Positions 1 through 13,015 of a stretch of DNA of 64,000 bases are shown one piece after another (within the stretch, counting starts at the first letter, position 1; each line of letters opens with the position of its first letter). The stretch covers positions 3,968,001 to 4,032,000 of the forward strand of contig NC_088814.1 of the NCBI RefSeq assembly GCF_011386835.1, given 5' to 3'. The notes under the pieces were generated by a model. It made no database searches. It was not told the DNA's origin and worked only from the letters and a program-made list of their open reading frames with translations. Source of the DNA: Chrysemys picta bellii. Its lineage: Eukaryota. The position numbers and the translations under genes are program-made.

Positions 1-433
1 AGTTCCGTTCCCAAATGGCAGGGGTGTGAGAGCGAGAGCAGGGAGTCAGGACTCCTTGGTTCTGCACTGGGCTCTGGGAGGGGATGTATGACCAGGGAAG
101 CTAGAGGGGGGTCCATGGGAGTCAGGACTCCTGGGTTCTGCGCTGGGTTCTACCCCAGCCTTGCTGCAGGGCATCGGCTCAAGTCACTTAATCTCTCTCT
201 GCCTCAGTTTGCTCATGGGCAAGATGCGTGCACTAACAGCCACCCCACAGCAGGCAGAGACTCGCTTGATTAGCAAGTGCTTCCAGTTCCTCCACCCGCC
301 TGCCGGGAAAAGAATGATGGTTCCTCTGTTACATGCAATGCCAAGGTCCCCTCCTGCCCCCAGAGGGCAGCTGGCCATGGCGTAGGGTGGGGGTGGCAGA
401 GTGAGGAAAGGGGAGCGCCAGGCAGGCTCTTAC

Positions 434-3400
434 CTCGGCCGTGCTCTCTGCTGGGCTGTCTGAGGGGCAGCTGGGCGAGGAACAACCCCTGCCAGGGAGA
501 AGGGAGACAGTTATCCTGCAGCAGGCAGCGCAGGAGGGAAGGGGGGGCTACAAGTGGGGGGGGGGATCAGAGCAGGGGGTCTCTCCAGCTTACCTTTCAG
601 GGGTCAGCAGTTTGAAGGCGTGAGGAGAGGGGAGTCCGGGGGTGGCCGGGGGGCTGTGGGGGCTGCTGGAGGCTTCTGGCCAGGGGGCACACTGGAAGCA
701 GAGGGGAGAGGATTAGGTAGTTTCCACTTCTCGAGCAGTGCTGTGCTTTGCGCACAGCACCCCCCTTAATGCAGCCACCTCTGGGGTGGAGGTGGGGACC
801 TAGTCACCATCCTCCCCACACCCACACACGCACCTCCCTGTCTGTGTTGTGGGGTTAGACAAGTGCCCACTTCCCAGCCAGGGGACGCACCTCTGGGGTT
901 CGCTATTAGGACGGAGTCCTGGTTATCTTGCTGCCCCGTTCAGAGCATGGCACCGATCCTGCCCCTTGACAAGTCAAGGCCCACCCAGCTCTGCCCTACC
1001 CAGGAACGCTGTACTGCCACACCCAAGGTACGGCTAGAAACTCAATGCCAGCAGGCTCGTGCCCCTCTCAGTTGCCCCTGGTGCTGTGAGGTTGCCCCAC
1101 GCCCGCCCCAAACCCACCTCTGCCAGCACCGTGCTCTCATAGGAAGGCTGGTATTTTTCTCGCTCCTGCGGTGACTGTTTCTCGATTTTCTCCCGGTCAG
1201 TTTTTTGTTTCCTGTCTGCTCCCTTGGGCTGAAAAATCAAATTCCCCCAATTCCAACTGGCCCCAGGAAGTGCAGACCCCATTGTATCGGCAGAGGGACC
1301 CTCCCCCAGGCTGGGCCAGCAGGATAGGTTCCTCTGAAAGTCCCCAGCATCCTCTACCTCTTTGCAGCCATCGATCTTCGCAAAGGATCTTAGTACTATT
1401 ATCCCCATTTTGGTGATGGGGAAACTGAGGCAGAGCGGGGCAGTCACCCAGCAGGTCAGGGTCAGAGCTGGGAATAAATCCCTAGCGTGCTGAGTCCCAC
1501 TCTGGGGTCTTAACCACTGGACCACACTGCCTCCCATGTGGTGGTGATGGCAAAATATAAATCTCTGAAAGGGGGTGCTAGCACCCCTCTGGTGTCTTCT
1601 AGCCCTGGAGCACCCCCCCCCCAGCTTCTCTGCTGGGCCTCCTGACAGACACCTGCACCAGCCTGCCAAGCTGAGGGGTGGAGACAGAGTTGACCCCCAA
1701 GACAGAAGTCGGGGGGAGCGTGGGAGAGCTGAGGCCTGTACTGCTCCCTGTCTTGTGGAAGCTCAGACCTGGCCGTGGGAGGCAGAGCCGGAGCAGTACC
1801 CTGCGCGCCAGTGACGGAGAGGAGGGAGCAGCGTTTAGTGGCTAGAACAGGGGACAGCGGGGCAGGACTCCAGGGTTCTCTTCTTGACTGCGAGGCCGTG
1901 GACCCAGGGGATGGCTGGGCCATCTAGTGGCTGTATCAGAGGATGGCGCGTCGGACTCCTGGGTTCCATGCCCCCGGCTTGATCCCAGGGTGCCAGGCCC
2001 CTGCCCTGGAGGACTGTTACCATGACCATCTCTGCTTTAATGCTGCTTCCGCCCGGCCTCCCCCCAGCCCAGGCAGCAGGGGACGTTAGGGGAAGCCAGA
2101 GAGGGGGCCCAGGTCCATGCCCGGGCAGGGTCAGGGCGGTACTGGCACCTTGAACACTTTGATGAGGCAGCTGGCCGAGTGCAGGTGATCCACGTGCTCG
2201 CCCTTCTCGTTGGCCTTGTAGGTGTCGATCTGGATGCGGAAGGGGACGCCCTTCTCACCCCCGTTCTTGCGCAGCGTGAATTCGGTGCTGATGCAGTGCA
2301 CCTGCCGGGAGGGAAGGGGTGAGAGTGGCCCCCTGGATCCCCCCGCCCCCCCGTCGGTGCTCTGTCCCTCCACCCTCCCCGTGCTCCACCCAGGCTCTGA
2401 CCTGCACGAAGACGGACGTCCTCTTGGTGGGGTCCCAGAGGAACTCCACCGTGTTCAGCAGGGTGGGGTGGATGTGCGGCTCCAGCACCCCGACAGACAG
2501 GGGGATGTCTGCAAGCAGGGCACAGAGGGATCAGGCAGGACCGGAGCCAGGGAGACGCGTATGCAGGGCCGCAGGTGCCCAAACACCACAGGGATGGGCA
2601 CGACGGAGGAGCCCACGTGGAACAGAAGGGGCCGAAGGATCCGGTGTCCGTGAGCCGCTGCTGGCTACCTTCTCGGAGCTCTCACCCCTCCCATGAAACC
2701 GGATCACAAAGCCCTCCTATGCCATAGCGAATTCAGCTTCCCAGCCCTGGGGGCGGGGAGCTGTTCTCCCCCTAGCGACAGCGAGGCTGAGAGAATGTCC
2801 TGCCCAAGGTCCTCAAGTGGGGGCTAGGACCCAGCAGTCCCAATGCCAGCTCTGACTACTGAACCAGGCTTCCTCCCAAAGGTGAGAAGAGGACCCTGGA
2901 GTCCGGGCTCCCTGTCCTGTGCTCGAAGCACTTTATGGGCCCAAATCTCCACAAGGGGCCCAGCTCCCAGTGTCTGCAGCGCTGAATTGAATCACAGCTC
3001 CCCAGTGCCCCCAGTTCCTTCAGCCTGGTTCCCAGCCCTCTGTTCTCATCCTCTGCTTCCTTCCCCCACCGCCTCCACATGGGCTGGTGGAGCTGGGCCA
3101 GACCCAGCAAGGGGGAGCCTGGGGTTCCCCCAGAACTCTCAGCTGCTTGCCAGGGCTGGGATGGCATTTCTGGGGTGCCAGGACCGCGATGGAGGTGGGA
3201 GGGCAAAGGGATAGGCTCATGCCCAGCCTGGCTTAGCACAGAGGCCCACCTCGGATTCCTCCTGCCCCCAGAGTCTCCTCCGTGCGGGGCCTAGCGTCTG
3301 GTCCTGGTTCCTCTCGGCTCTGACCCAGGGACCCCTGCCCTCCTTGCTTCACCCACATCGGAGGCTGCGCTGCTCTTGGGGGCTTCCTGGCCCACATGGA

Positions 3401-5489
3401 TGGGATGCTAGCTACGCCCTGGCTGGGCTGCAGATGCCAGGAGCGAGGGGCACCGTGCTCAGTGTGTGAGACAGAGATTAGGGGTGTGGACCCCGTCTCC
3501 CTTGGGCACAGCCAGGCTGCTCCCGGGGGCAGCCAGACTCACCAATGTCCAGGATGCGGTCGCCGGGGCGGTTCCACCTCCATCCCTCCAGCTGCTGGTG
3601 CTCCGTGTACTGCAGGCGCCGGTCATGAAACACCACCCTGGCCACGCTCTGCGGGAGAGAGGGGCGTCAGGCGCTGTCAGGGGCCAGGCTCCGTGGCCAG
3701 GAGCAGATGGGCGATGGAGCCACGCCAGCCGGGGAGGGAGAGGTCACGTCACGCAGCAGGGGTCGTGGCCTGAGCACGAACCGCTCAGCCCCCATTCTCT
3801 GCCCCCCCTCACCTTCAGCAGCTTCCGGCACTCGGAAAAGTCGCCCAGTTTGGGGTTGCACAGCAGCCGGATCTCGTAGGACTGGCCTGAAAGAGACTGG
3901 GTGTGAGACCCGGGGACCTGTGGGCAGGGGGGCCCCAGGAGGTGTTCTCTGCCCCCCGCTGCGGGCAGCTGGAGCACTGCTAGCCCCTGGGCTTACCCTC
4001 TCCGGCGTGGCTGGGGGGGAGCCGATGAGATCACAGCATGACCCCCCCCCGCCCAGGGCACGGCTCACCTTGGTTGAGGTAGGTGAGGGTCTCCTCGTGC
4101 TGTTTGATGGCGGGCGAGGTGGGGGTGCAGAGCACGTACTGGAAGGCCGGGCAGTGCAGCTCGGCCGACGTGGAGATGTTGTTCTGCTCCTCCTGCTTCA
4201 GGAAAGGCAGCGCCAGGGACTCCCTGCGGCAGGGCAGAGCACACGGCGGTGGGGGCGGCTTCCCCTGGGCGCTCCCCCTCCCCGCAGCCTTCCCAGCATG
4301 TGGGGGGGGGAGTATAATTCTCCTATCACACTTCCTCCCCAGCCCCTAGTGTCCTGAGCATAGGCCTGCGAGCCAGTCTCAGCCCAGGTCCTACCACTGG
4401 GACCTGGACACATCACTCCCCCTCTCCCGAGCCTCAGTTTCCCCTCAGAAGCATTAGCCTGACCCATCTGGTGGTGCTTAGCCCTGAAGGGGTGTGGGCC
4501 CCCAGGGATTACTTAGGGTTAGGAGGAAGGGGAGGGAATATTTCCTCCGCGTGGCAAGAAAATGCCCCTGACCCTGGAATCATCTCTAGGGGGTGGAAGC
4601 CCGTTGGCCCTCGGGACATCTAGACCGGACAGCACAGGAGGAAATACAAGTGGGAAGGATCCTGCCCTGACTCCGGCGAGGTGGCTGGAGCCCGGTGGGG
4701 GCTGTTCCGGCTCTAGTCCCTGCCTCCCAGGGCTGGTTGCGAGCACTTGGGAAGGCGCCAGCATTACCCCCAGGGAGCTCGTCTGCCAGCTCGTGGCTGA
4801 ACGGAGGGTAGAGGTTTATTGGGGGGGGTGCTGCCAGCCTGGCGTGCTAGCACCAGCAGCAGAGGGGGCCCCACATTCAGTCCCTGCCAAGGGCCTGCTG
4901 GCCGGGGGGGTTCAAGAGCTCCGTGGCCAGCCATGGGTGGCTCTCAGCCCCTCTGCCAATCAAACCAGCCATGTCTCCCCATGGTGTGTGTTGATCACAG
5001 GTGACACAGCTTGGGCAGACCTTGGCAATCCATCGTCATCACGAGCCAGCCAGAAAGGTCCTTCATGCTTGGGGGGACAGACCAAAACCAAATGCCTTTC
5101 TCCCGGCCAGAGCCTGTGAACTGCTTCGTCAGACACACAAAGAGAAGGGCCTGGGTCTTTCCCAAACACCCACTGAAGGGCCTCTCTCACATACAGAGGG
5201 CACTGAAATGGGACAATCCCCTCTCCTCCCCTGCCGTCCATTTCTCACACACGTACCCCTTCCGCTAGCACCGCCGCTGTAATAACAGGCCAGGATCTCC
5301 AAGCCCAAGCAAAAATTGATATTCCTGGTTTACAGAAGGGGGAAACTGAGGCACAACGGTAGCGAGGGCGGGGGAGCCATTTGGGGGATGCGAAAAAGCC
5401 ACTTACCTGAGCAGATTGCCGCCGGAGCAGGGGTACATCTCCCCTGGCCCCGGCCAGTAGTGCTCGGGCTGACTGTGCCAGAACAGCAT
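434..5489 (-). CDS. CP2/LSF-family transcription factor, TFCP2L1-like (probable fourth vertebrate paralogue); 3' part lies beyond the left edge of the window
   Basis: Coding exons on the minus strand: 5489-5407, 4223-4069, 3886-3813, 3648-3543, 2508-2402, 2301-2149, 1228-1118, 691-594, 488-434. All have GT-AG junctions and consistent phases, giving 314 open codons. Translation: [75 protein letters not shown]../[130 protein letters not shown]... This is the CP2 DNA-binding domain. The C-terminal SAM-like exons are not in the window. Confidence 0.95.
1390..1535 (-). mobile_element. MIR/CORE-SINE-like element
   Basis: Core ccccattt..gatggggaaactgaggca, followed by the reverse complement of a tRNA-derived head (..cttaaccactggaccacactgcctccc). 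Confidence 0.65.
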
Positions 5490-8400
5490 GGTGAGGGCGT
5501 GAGGCTGGACAGGAAAGTCCCCAGATCTGAGCCAGGGGCGCTGTCAGGCGGCTGTTGTCCGGAGAGGCAGCTCCTGGCACCTGTCTTTATGCTCCCAGGC
5601 TCCCCAGGTGGGTGTGTGCAGGGAGACGTGCTGAAGGATTGGCCAGCGTCCAGCTGGCTCTGAGCAGCTGGACACACCCTGGGCGGGGGGGAAGGACGGG
5701 AGCTGGAGCCGTTTCACAGCGGCTGCCTTCGTCTGTGTTACAGGAGGTGGGCGGTCATCGCTGGGGCACGAGCGGGCAAAGCGCCTCGTGCTGGAGCCAC
5801 AAGCCAGAGATGGGTTCCTGCCCCTCGCGCTTAACCAAGAGCTGCGGTCGGAGGCAGCAAGGACCCGGTGGGACGTGGCACAAACAGCAAAAACAAGCTC
5901 AGAAAACCATAGGCATGTCCACCCGTCCCCAGGGGCAGCACCTTACAGCGGGCATTGTCTAGGTAACCCCTTCCCCATGCTTTGCAGGCGCAGGAGACAG
6001 GTGAGCGCACAGCTAAGCCGTGATCTGGCATGGGTCTCTCTTTGCCGGGGGATTTGCCATGCACGGTCTGCGCTGGTGCAGGAGAACCCCAGCCATGCCA
6101 TCGTCCCCCAGGCCTTTTGCCTCCTGGGCGCTGCAGCTCGCAGTATGTCAGGTCGTGCACTCAGGCCTGGGAAAGCTGGGACAGGGAATGTGACACACGT
6201 GACGAGACGGTGACGGCCGTTTTCCTGCATCGTCTCTGCCATGTTACATGCCTGTTTAAACAGCTTTTCCCACTGGGCATCTCCGAGCTGGGAGCACATT
6301 GCAGAGTCAGCAATGAACGGTACCTAGATTGGCCGGCGGCTGAAACGGAGGGAGGCTTGGCTTTAGCAGGGAGGCAAATGGTGAGGAGCAGCGAAGCCAG
6401 GCCAGAGGCGGCAGCGGCCCGTCTGGCTGCAGAGCCCCCGGTTTGAGCAAGAACCCCGGCACCGAATCAAAAACTCCTTGATTTGCTCTGCTCGGGCGCC
6501 AAGTGTTCAGAACGCTGGGCTCTGCGACTGCCGCCAGCCTGGTAATACGGCTACGTGTACCCGTGAACATCGGGAAGGAAGACTGCAGGCTGTACTTCCA
6601 GGACGGGGGCCTCTATCCCGGGAAGCAGTGGGCTCTGCAGGGGTCAGACTAGATGATGACAATGGGCCTTTCCGCCCGTGCACACCGTCTATCCCAGCAA
6701 TGCCCACCTGGGGTGCACGCGGCTGGCGCTGTGATTTCATTGGCTTGAGGTCTCCCCAGTTCCCAGCTCTGCCCTCCCATCACCTGGGTGGGTGAAGGAT
6801 CACACCTCTTCCCCCTGAGCGGGTGTAGCTGCGCCAGCAGCTGTGTGGGCCTGGGTCTCTTCCCAGCTGCATGGAGCTTTCCGGGGCTCCCAGGAAAGGG
6901 GGACACTGAGCCGAGGGGCTGGGGGGAGCAGAGCCCAGGGCTGCCCCGGGGAGCGGAGGGGGGCGGGGAAGAGCTGGTGGTTTACAGCAAACACTTTGCT
7001 GGGGTTTGTTGTGAAAACAGGCAGAGCCCAGAGCCAAGGGCCCTTTGTTTTGCTGAGCTGGGGAAATTCTTGTCTTCCCTGTTTACTGTAGCGGGGGCCC
7101 AGGGTGTGGGGCAGCAGTGGGGCTGGGACAGGGGAGCCTGTGGCCTAGGGGGCGGGTGGGAAGCAGGGGGTTGGGGGGAACACTAGGAGAATAGACGGTG
7201 GCTGCTGCTCCTTCCTGTGTTGGCCTAAATTCGGCCTCGCTTGGTGCAAGGGCAGGGCTCCGGGCACGGGAAGCACCGTGGGGCTGAGACGGGAGCCTGT
7301 GCTTCCCCCCTGCGTCTGTGCAGAGCCCCGAGCCAGGACGGAGGCCCCGCATCCCCCACCCCGGTGCTGCTGGAGACCGTTTCAGCCACGGGTGCTGCCC
7401 CGGCCACCTGCTGCAATGACCCCCCCTGAGCTGCGCCAGCCCCGCAGAAGAGCTGGGTGGGGGCGCACTGTGCCTCCTACAGGGGGGGAGCCCAGAGCCA
7501 GGGGAGCCAAATCTGTGCCTGTGGGGGACACCCCCTGGGCCAAGGCTTTTGAGCCGTGCAGCCCATTGGCACCAACTAATGGGCAACAGGGCACTGATGA
7601 CCCCCCCTCCCCCTCCTTCTGATTTCATCCCGGTGATCGGTTCCCTCCCGTTGGGCCTAGGCTGGCATCAGAGCAGCTCCCCCCCGGTCCGTCCGTTGTC
7701 CCCCCTCCGACACTCCCGTGTGGTGTTTACGCACAAACATGGGGGCGTGCTGATGGCTGGCTGGGTGCACGGAGTCCGCTCCCCCGCCCGTGTTTACACA
7801 GCACACAGCCCACGCCGTAACACGCTGTCCCAGAAACCCGGAGAGACGTGTGTGTGTTTGGTGTCAAAATAGACGGCGCTCACTGGTAGGGGTGTGGGGG
7901 AGCCCTTCAGGACCTCCCCGGGGGTTGGTGTCCAGGGGTCAGAGGGACTTTTGGGGGACTTCAATCCGTTGGTCTGATCCAGGGGCCCAGGGAGGTGGGG
8001 GGAGGGATACCCAGCTAGTTGGCCCCATACTGATCCACTGCAGAGCGGCTGGGGGGCTGGAGGGGGAAGCACCTCCCATTGCAGTGAGCAGAGGCTGCCG
8101 CTGTGCGGAGGAACCAGCTCCCCGAAGACGAGGACGAGAGCCTAAGTCCTGCTGCGGGCGCAAGTCGTGGTCCTCCCTCTGAGACCCCTGGCGTGAGCTA
8201 CACATGGAGAGGGAGAGGGGCTCAGTACAACCCAGTCTCCCCAAATTTCCCGGGGGCAGGAGCCCAGCAGCCCCCTCCCTGCTGGAGGGCTCAGACCCCC
8301 CCCCCAGCCGAGCTGGAGCTGAGCCGTTCAGACCCAGCACCAGGCTCCCCCCAACGGCTGGGCTGGTCCCCAATCCCAGGCTGTGGCCCATCCCGCGCCG

Positions 8401-10954
8401 GCCGGGCCCATGAGCAGGGCTTGGGGCAGGTGGATCCCACTGGAAGTGACTGTGGAGGGCAGAGGTGGGGCAGGATGGTGGGGCACTGTAGCGCATTGAC
8501 CGACATGGATTTCCATGGACCAAGCAAGCGACGGGTCCCTTGGGGGGGTCAGGTCCCGGCAGCTCAGAGACACCCTGGGGTCCCAGCTCTCAGCCCATTG
8601 GGGGGCTGGTGGGCAGGGGGTGTCTCTGCAGCACACAAGGAGCCTCCTCAGCCCCTAAGGAGCCGTCTGCAGGGGGGGGGCTGCTCCCCCCCCGAGACGT
8701 CCGGGGGCATTAGGCTGGCACCAGACGGCTGCAGAATCAGGACTGAGGGTGAAGAACCAGCCCAGGGCTCCTGGCTCAGTGGCAGGATTGAACCCCGGAG
8801 TCCAGGAGTTGGCGGGGGGGGGGGAAGGGGAACCCTATAAGGTCCCTTCGGCGCCCCCCTGAGGTAGCGACCAGGAGAGGGTCACCCATGCATCTCTCTG
8901 CTCCTCATTCCCTGTAGCCAACCCCCCACCCCTGCCACCCAGCCCTTTCCTAGGCCCAGTGGGGGGGGGTCCCCAGTTCCCAGCTCTGCCCCCCATCCCC
9001 TCCCCCTCCGCTCTGGCTCCCCTGCCCCACCTCTGTCTCGCCTTCCAGAGCTCCCTCCCCACAGCTCTCCTTTGCCAGACCCCACCTGGGGCGGGAGGTG
9101 TCTCTCCCCCCCCCCCCCGCCCCAGCCTGGCTCTGTCCACTTCAAACATCTCCCCTCCCCCGCATCCCACCTCTAAGCCTCCCTATCCCTGGTCCCCCCT
9201 TTCCAGGCCAGGGCCCAGCAGGGATTACAGGCCCAGGGGGGGAGGGGGGGAACCGGCCCGCCCGCGGTGTTTGCTGTACACAAGCCCTGTTTCCAGTAAA
9301 CACCAGCCCTTGCAATGATCCAGGAGCCGGTGGGGCTGGGGGGGGGCTCTCCTGGCTCCCTGCATCCTTTGGGGGGGATCTACAAAGCTCAGATCCTGCC
9401 CCCCCACTCCCCCGAAAGAGGCTGTGGCCTGCACACTCATCTCCCCCAATGCAGCCAAACTGAAAGCACGGAGCACCCCAACCTGTGAGCGCCCCCCCCC
9501 CCCCAGATCACAGCTGGGAGTCGCTGGGGAGGAGAGCCAGGCAGGGTTTGGGGGGCAGCGCGGAGCCAGGCAGGAGGCTCCACCAAGAACCTGGAGCCCA
9601 AAAGCTGCGATTTCTTTGTGTGCAGAGCGTCCCCTGCAGGAGAGAAGGGACACGGCGGCTGCTCTGAATACACAAGGGGCTTCTTCAGCCAGGCTGCTGG
9701 ACGCAGACAGACCCAGTGGTTCCCTCTGACTCCCAGCCTGGGCACGGGGCCCCCCTCCCTGCCCCAGCTGTGCCAGTCCAGCTGGACTGGACTCTGAGCT
9801 CAGCCCCTGGGAGCTGGATCTCTGTGCCCTATGGGTGGGGGCGCTCCCACGGGCTACTCTTGGGGCTGCAGGGGCTCCCACCCCACTAGTCCTGGCCTGC
9901 TGAGAGGGACGCATCAGGCCAGCACGTCTCCAGCGTCTGGTAGCTAAGCTGCGCCCGCCCCGGTGCCAGCCATGCCCCCAGGCAGCCCCACACCTGCAGA
10001 GCCAGGGGTCCCGACGAGAGTGGGGCCCGTCCCAGGTACACTCTCCCTGCCTGCGATTGCTCTCCAGGGCCAGGCCCTGCCCCACTCCCCGCTCCGCTCG
10101 CTGACCCATGCTTCTCCAGCAGCCCTCCTAGGAACAGCCTGAAGCTGGGGCCTTTCGCAGGGGTCACCCCTGCTCTCCCCAGGCTGCGGGGGGGGGGGGG
10201 CGGGGGGCTGACGTCTGGAGCGACGCAGAGTTCAGGGCCAGAGGAGAGCGTTCGAGAATCTAGCCTGAGCCGGCAGAACGCAGGCGAAAGACGCTCGCCC
10301 AGTGACCAGCACCGAGCCCAGTTTGGCTGACGCCAGAGTCTGGGAGTGGAGCCCCATGACTGGGCTTTCCCTCTCCCCTGCTTTCGGTCTCTGTTCTTGC
10401 TGAGCCGGGGGGAGGGGGGGCGGGGGGAGCTGTTTTTAATGGGAAAAATAATTAACCTGAAACCCTGGCGGAGTTCCCTTTGCTTTTCAGTGCCTCCTGC
10501 TGTCTGCGGTTCCCTCAAGGACGTGGGAATAATTAAGCATGGACAGGGGGGGAGGAGGACCAGCTCCAAGGAGCCCTGTCCGACCCTCCCAAGGGACGGG
10601 GGCTTGGTGTCTACATGAGAAATGCAGGGCCTGTCGCCCCGGAGGACTCTGTGGGTGACTGGGGAGCTGGCAGGGGTAGGGTAATAGGCAGCATGGCCCA
10701 GTGGGCAGGAGACCTGGGCTCTGTTCCCGGCGTGACCTCTGACCCAGGGCAAGCCTGCTCATCGCTCTCCTGCCTGGGGGCAGGGAATCGCCTCAGGTGC
10801 CCCCCCTTGCTCTCGACTGGGGCTGGTAGGTGCTACTGGAACACAAACAACGCAGCCTGGGGGGCGGGGACGGGGTTTTCCTGGGACTGGTGAAGACTCT
10901 CTGGGTTTTGCTGCCAACCATTTTACTCAAACACACACAGGGTCCCGATTCCCA

Positions 10955-11077
10955 CCAGCAGGGGGCAGCACTACCCAGCTCCCCACTCTCTCTCTCACAC
11001 ACACACAGCAGGGGGCAGTGCACACACACACACCCCCACACACACGCACAGAGCCAATTCCCTCCAGCAGGGGGCAG
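10955..11077 (+). promoter_or_regulatory. Three tandem CTCF-type motifs
   Basis: CCAGCAGGGGGCAG at 10955-10968 and 11064-11077 and ACAGCAGGGGGCAG at 11005-11018, all in the same orientation. Consensus used: CCASYAGRKGGCRS. Confidence 0.6.
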
Positions 11078-12544
11078 CGCTGTTTGCTCACACACACCCT
11101 CCCACAGGAAAACTGCTTGCTAGGGCGATTCACCTCCCCTCGCCCCTGGGTGGCGTTGCTGGAACCGCAGCCCTCTGCCACCCCAGGACGCCTCCAGCAA
11201 CAGCCAGGAGCAGCCACTCGATCGTCCTGATCTTGCGGGCGGGCGGGCGGGGGACAAACAGGAAAACACCTTTGGCCAAACTTCTTGCATCCTCCGTCAT
11301 CCGTTAAAGGGCGATAAGAAAGGAGGCGCCCTGAGTTGTGCCCCCCCAAGCTGGAGAATGCGCCATGGGACCCCTCCTGGACTGGCTGTGGGGGCTGGGC
11401 TTGAAGGGATGATTGGGCCCTGCTGGGATGTTGCTCGTCTTTTACCCTTTGCCTCCCACCCCTGGGCTCCTCGGCGGGAGCCGAACCCACCCCCTGCCCC
11501 AGGCAGTAGCACTGGGCTGTCCCCTGGCCCTGGCTCGCCGGGCTCTGTCCTCAGGCCGGGCTGGCCCCAGCTGCGCGCTCAGGAATGGCCGGGTGGAGCT
11601 GAGCTCGGAGCTTCATCGACAGCAGGGAAGCACAAGCATGCCCGGCTCTAGGAGCGTCGGCCCCGACACAGAGCGGGGAGCCCGAGGCCTCCCCTGAAGG
11701 GCAGGTCCGTGCGCACGCCGGCTCCAGGGCCGGGCGTGGGGCTTTGCTGGGGCCAGCACAGCAGAGAGGCTGGTCGAGCCCAGCACGGACCAGGGCGCCA
11801 GGACTTGGTGGCCGTATTGTGCTAGCCTATTTCACCCCCAGTTCCACGGACGGGCGCCAGGCCCCAAAACACACTGGCGCCCCCCAGTAGCAAGTACCAG
11901 AGCGACACCCTTGGGGTTTCTATTTCCCACCGCGCAGGGCCAGCGGCAGGGCGAGCTCCCCCACCCATGGGCATCACCTGTGACTCCGGCGGCCCTCCTA
12001 GAGCTGGGAGTCAGTCTCCATGGGCGATCCAGCCTTGGGCCCCTCTGCTGCTGGCATCACCAAGCCTGGAGGAGCCAGGCTGGGAGCTGCCGTGTGTGGT
12101 GGGCTCTGAAGATGGAAAACCGCTAAGCTGGGGCGGGGGGGGGGGAGGTACTTACAGTACTAGGACTAGCTATGGGCAGAGAGAAACCGGAGCGGGGGTT
12201 GTTGGGGCAGAGAAATGGGGACACCTGCTGATGGGGAGGCAACTGGGCGGACAGAGGGCAGTTCATTTCGCAGCTCTTAGCCAGTCCCACCTAGACACTG
12301 GCGCTAAGCGGTGCCCCGCACATCCTGGCCCTGATTTCTGTCCGAAGTCTCAAGAGCTGGGCTTGGCCACTTCCAGACTGAGCAGAATTCAAGGAGAGCC
12401 GTGCTGGCCGCAGGAACCTCCCCCCCCCATCCCCCACTCCACAGCCCGGGTCGCCTTTTCCAAGGGCTTCCAGTGCTGATGGGCCTGGGGGGTGACTGGA
12501 ATGGCCCACCCCAGCTCGTTCCCCGTGGCAGAGCTGGAGCAGGC

Positions 12545-13015
12545 TGGGAGTGCTGGGCGGTCTCTGGCTTGTTATTGTAGGGTCTCCCGGGAGTGCTGGG
12601 TCTGGGCGGTCTCTGGCTTGTTATTGTAGGGTCTCCCGGGAGTGCTGGGTCTGGGTGGTCTCTGGCTTGTTATTGTAGGGTCTCTCGGGAGTGCTGGGGC
12701 TGGGCGGTCTGGCTTGTTATTGTAGGGTCTCCCGGGAGTGCTGGGTCTGGGCGGTCTCTGGCTTGTTATTGTAGGGTCTCCCGGGAGTGCTGGGTCTGGG
12801 TGGTCTGGCTTGTTATTGTAGGGTCTCCCGGGAGTGCTGGGTCTGGGCGGTCTGGCTTGTTATTGTAGGGTCTCACAGGAGTGCTGGGTCTGGGCGGTCT
12901 GGCTTGTTATTGTAGGGTCTCTCGGGAGTGCTGGGTCTGGGCGGTCTGGCTTGTTATTGTAGGGTCTCTCGGGAGTGCTGGGTGGTCTGGCTTGTTATTG
13001 TAGGGTCTCGCAGGA
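12545..13015. repeat. Minisatellite, 47-49-bp unit, about 10 copies
   Basis: Unit ctggcttgttattgtagggtctcccgggagtgctgggtctgggcggt(ct); copies start at 12564, 12613, 12662, 12709, 12758, 12805, 12852 and onward. Confidence 0.95.

Noticed and set aside
270-301. Acceptor-like site as the next CP2-like exon
   Set aside because: It gives an in-frame TAA after 9 codons and does not resemble the expected SAM-domain exon. The real exon must lie left of the window.
434-5489. Assigning the symbol TFCP2L1, TFCP2 or UBP1
   Set aside because: Family membership is certain, but the neighbourhood and divergence do not fit any of the three. No symbol is given without a phylogeny.
6437-6455. CNRG-N6-CNRG CP2 sites as an autoregulatory element
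   Set aside because: The consensus is too degenerate to be meaningful in DNA this GC-rich.
12545-13015. CRISPR-like array
   Set aside because: The units are contiguous with no unique spacers and the context is eukaryotic, so it is a minisatellite.
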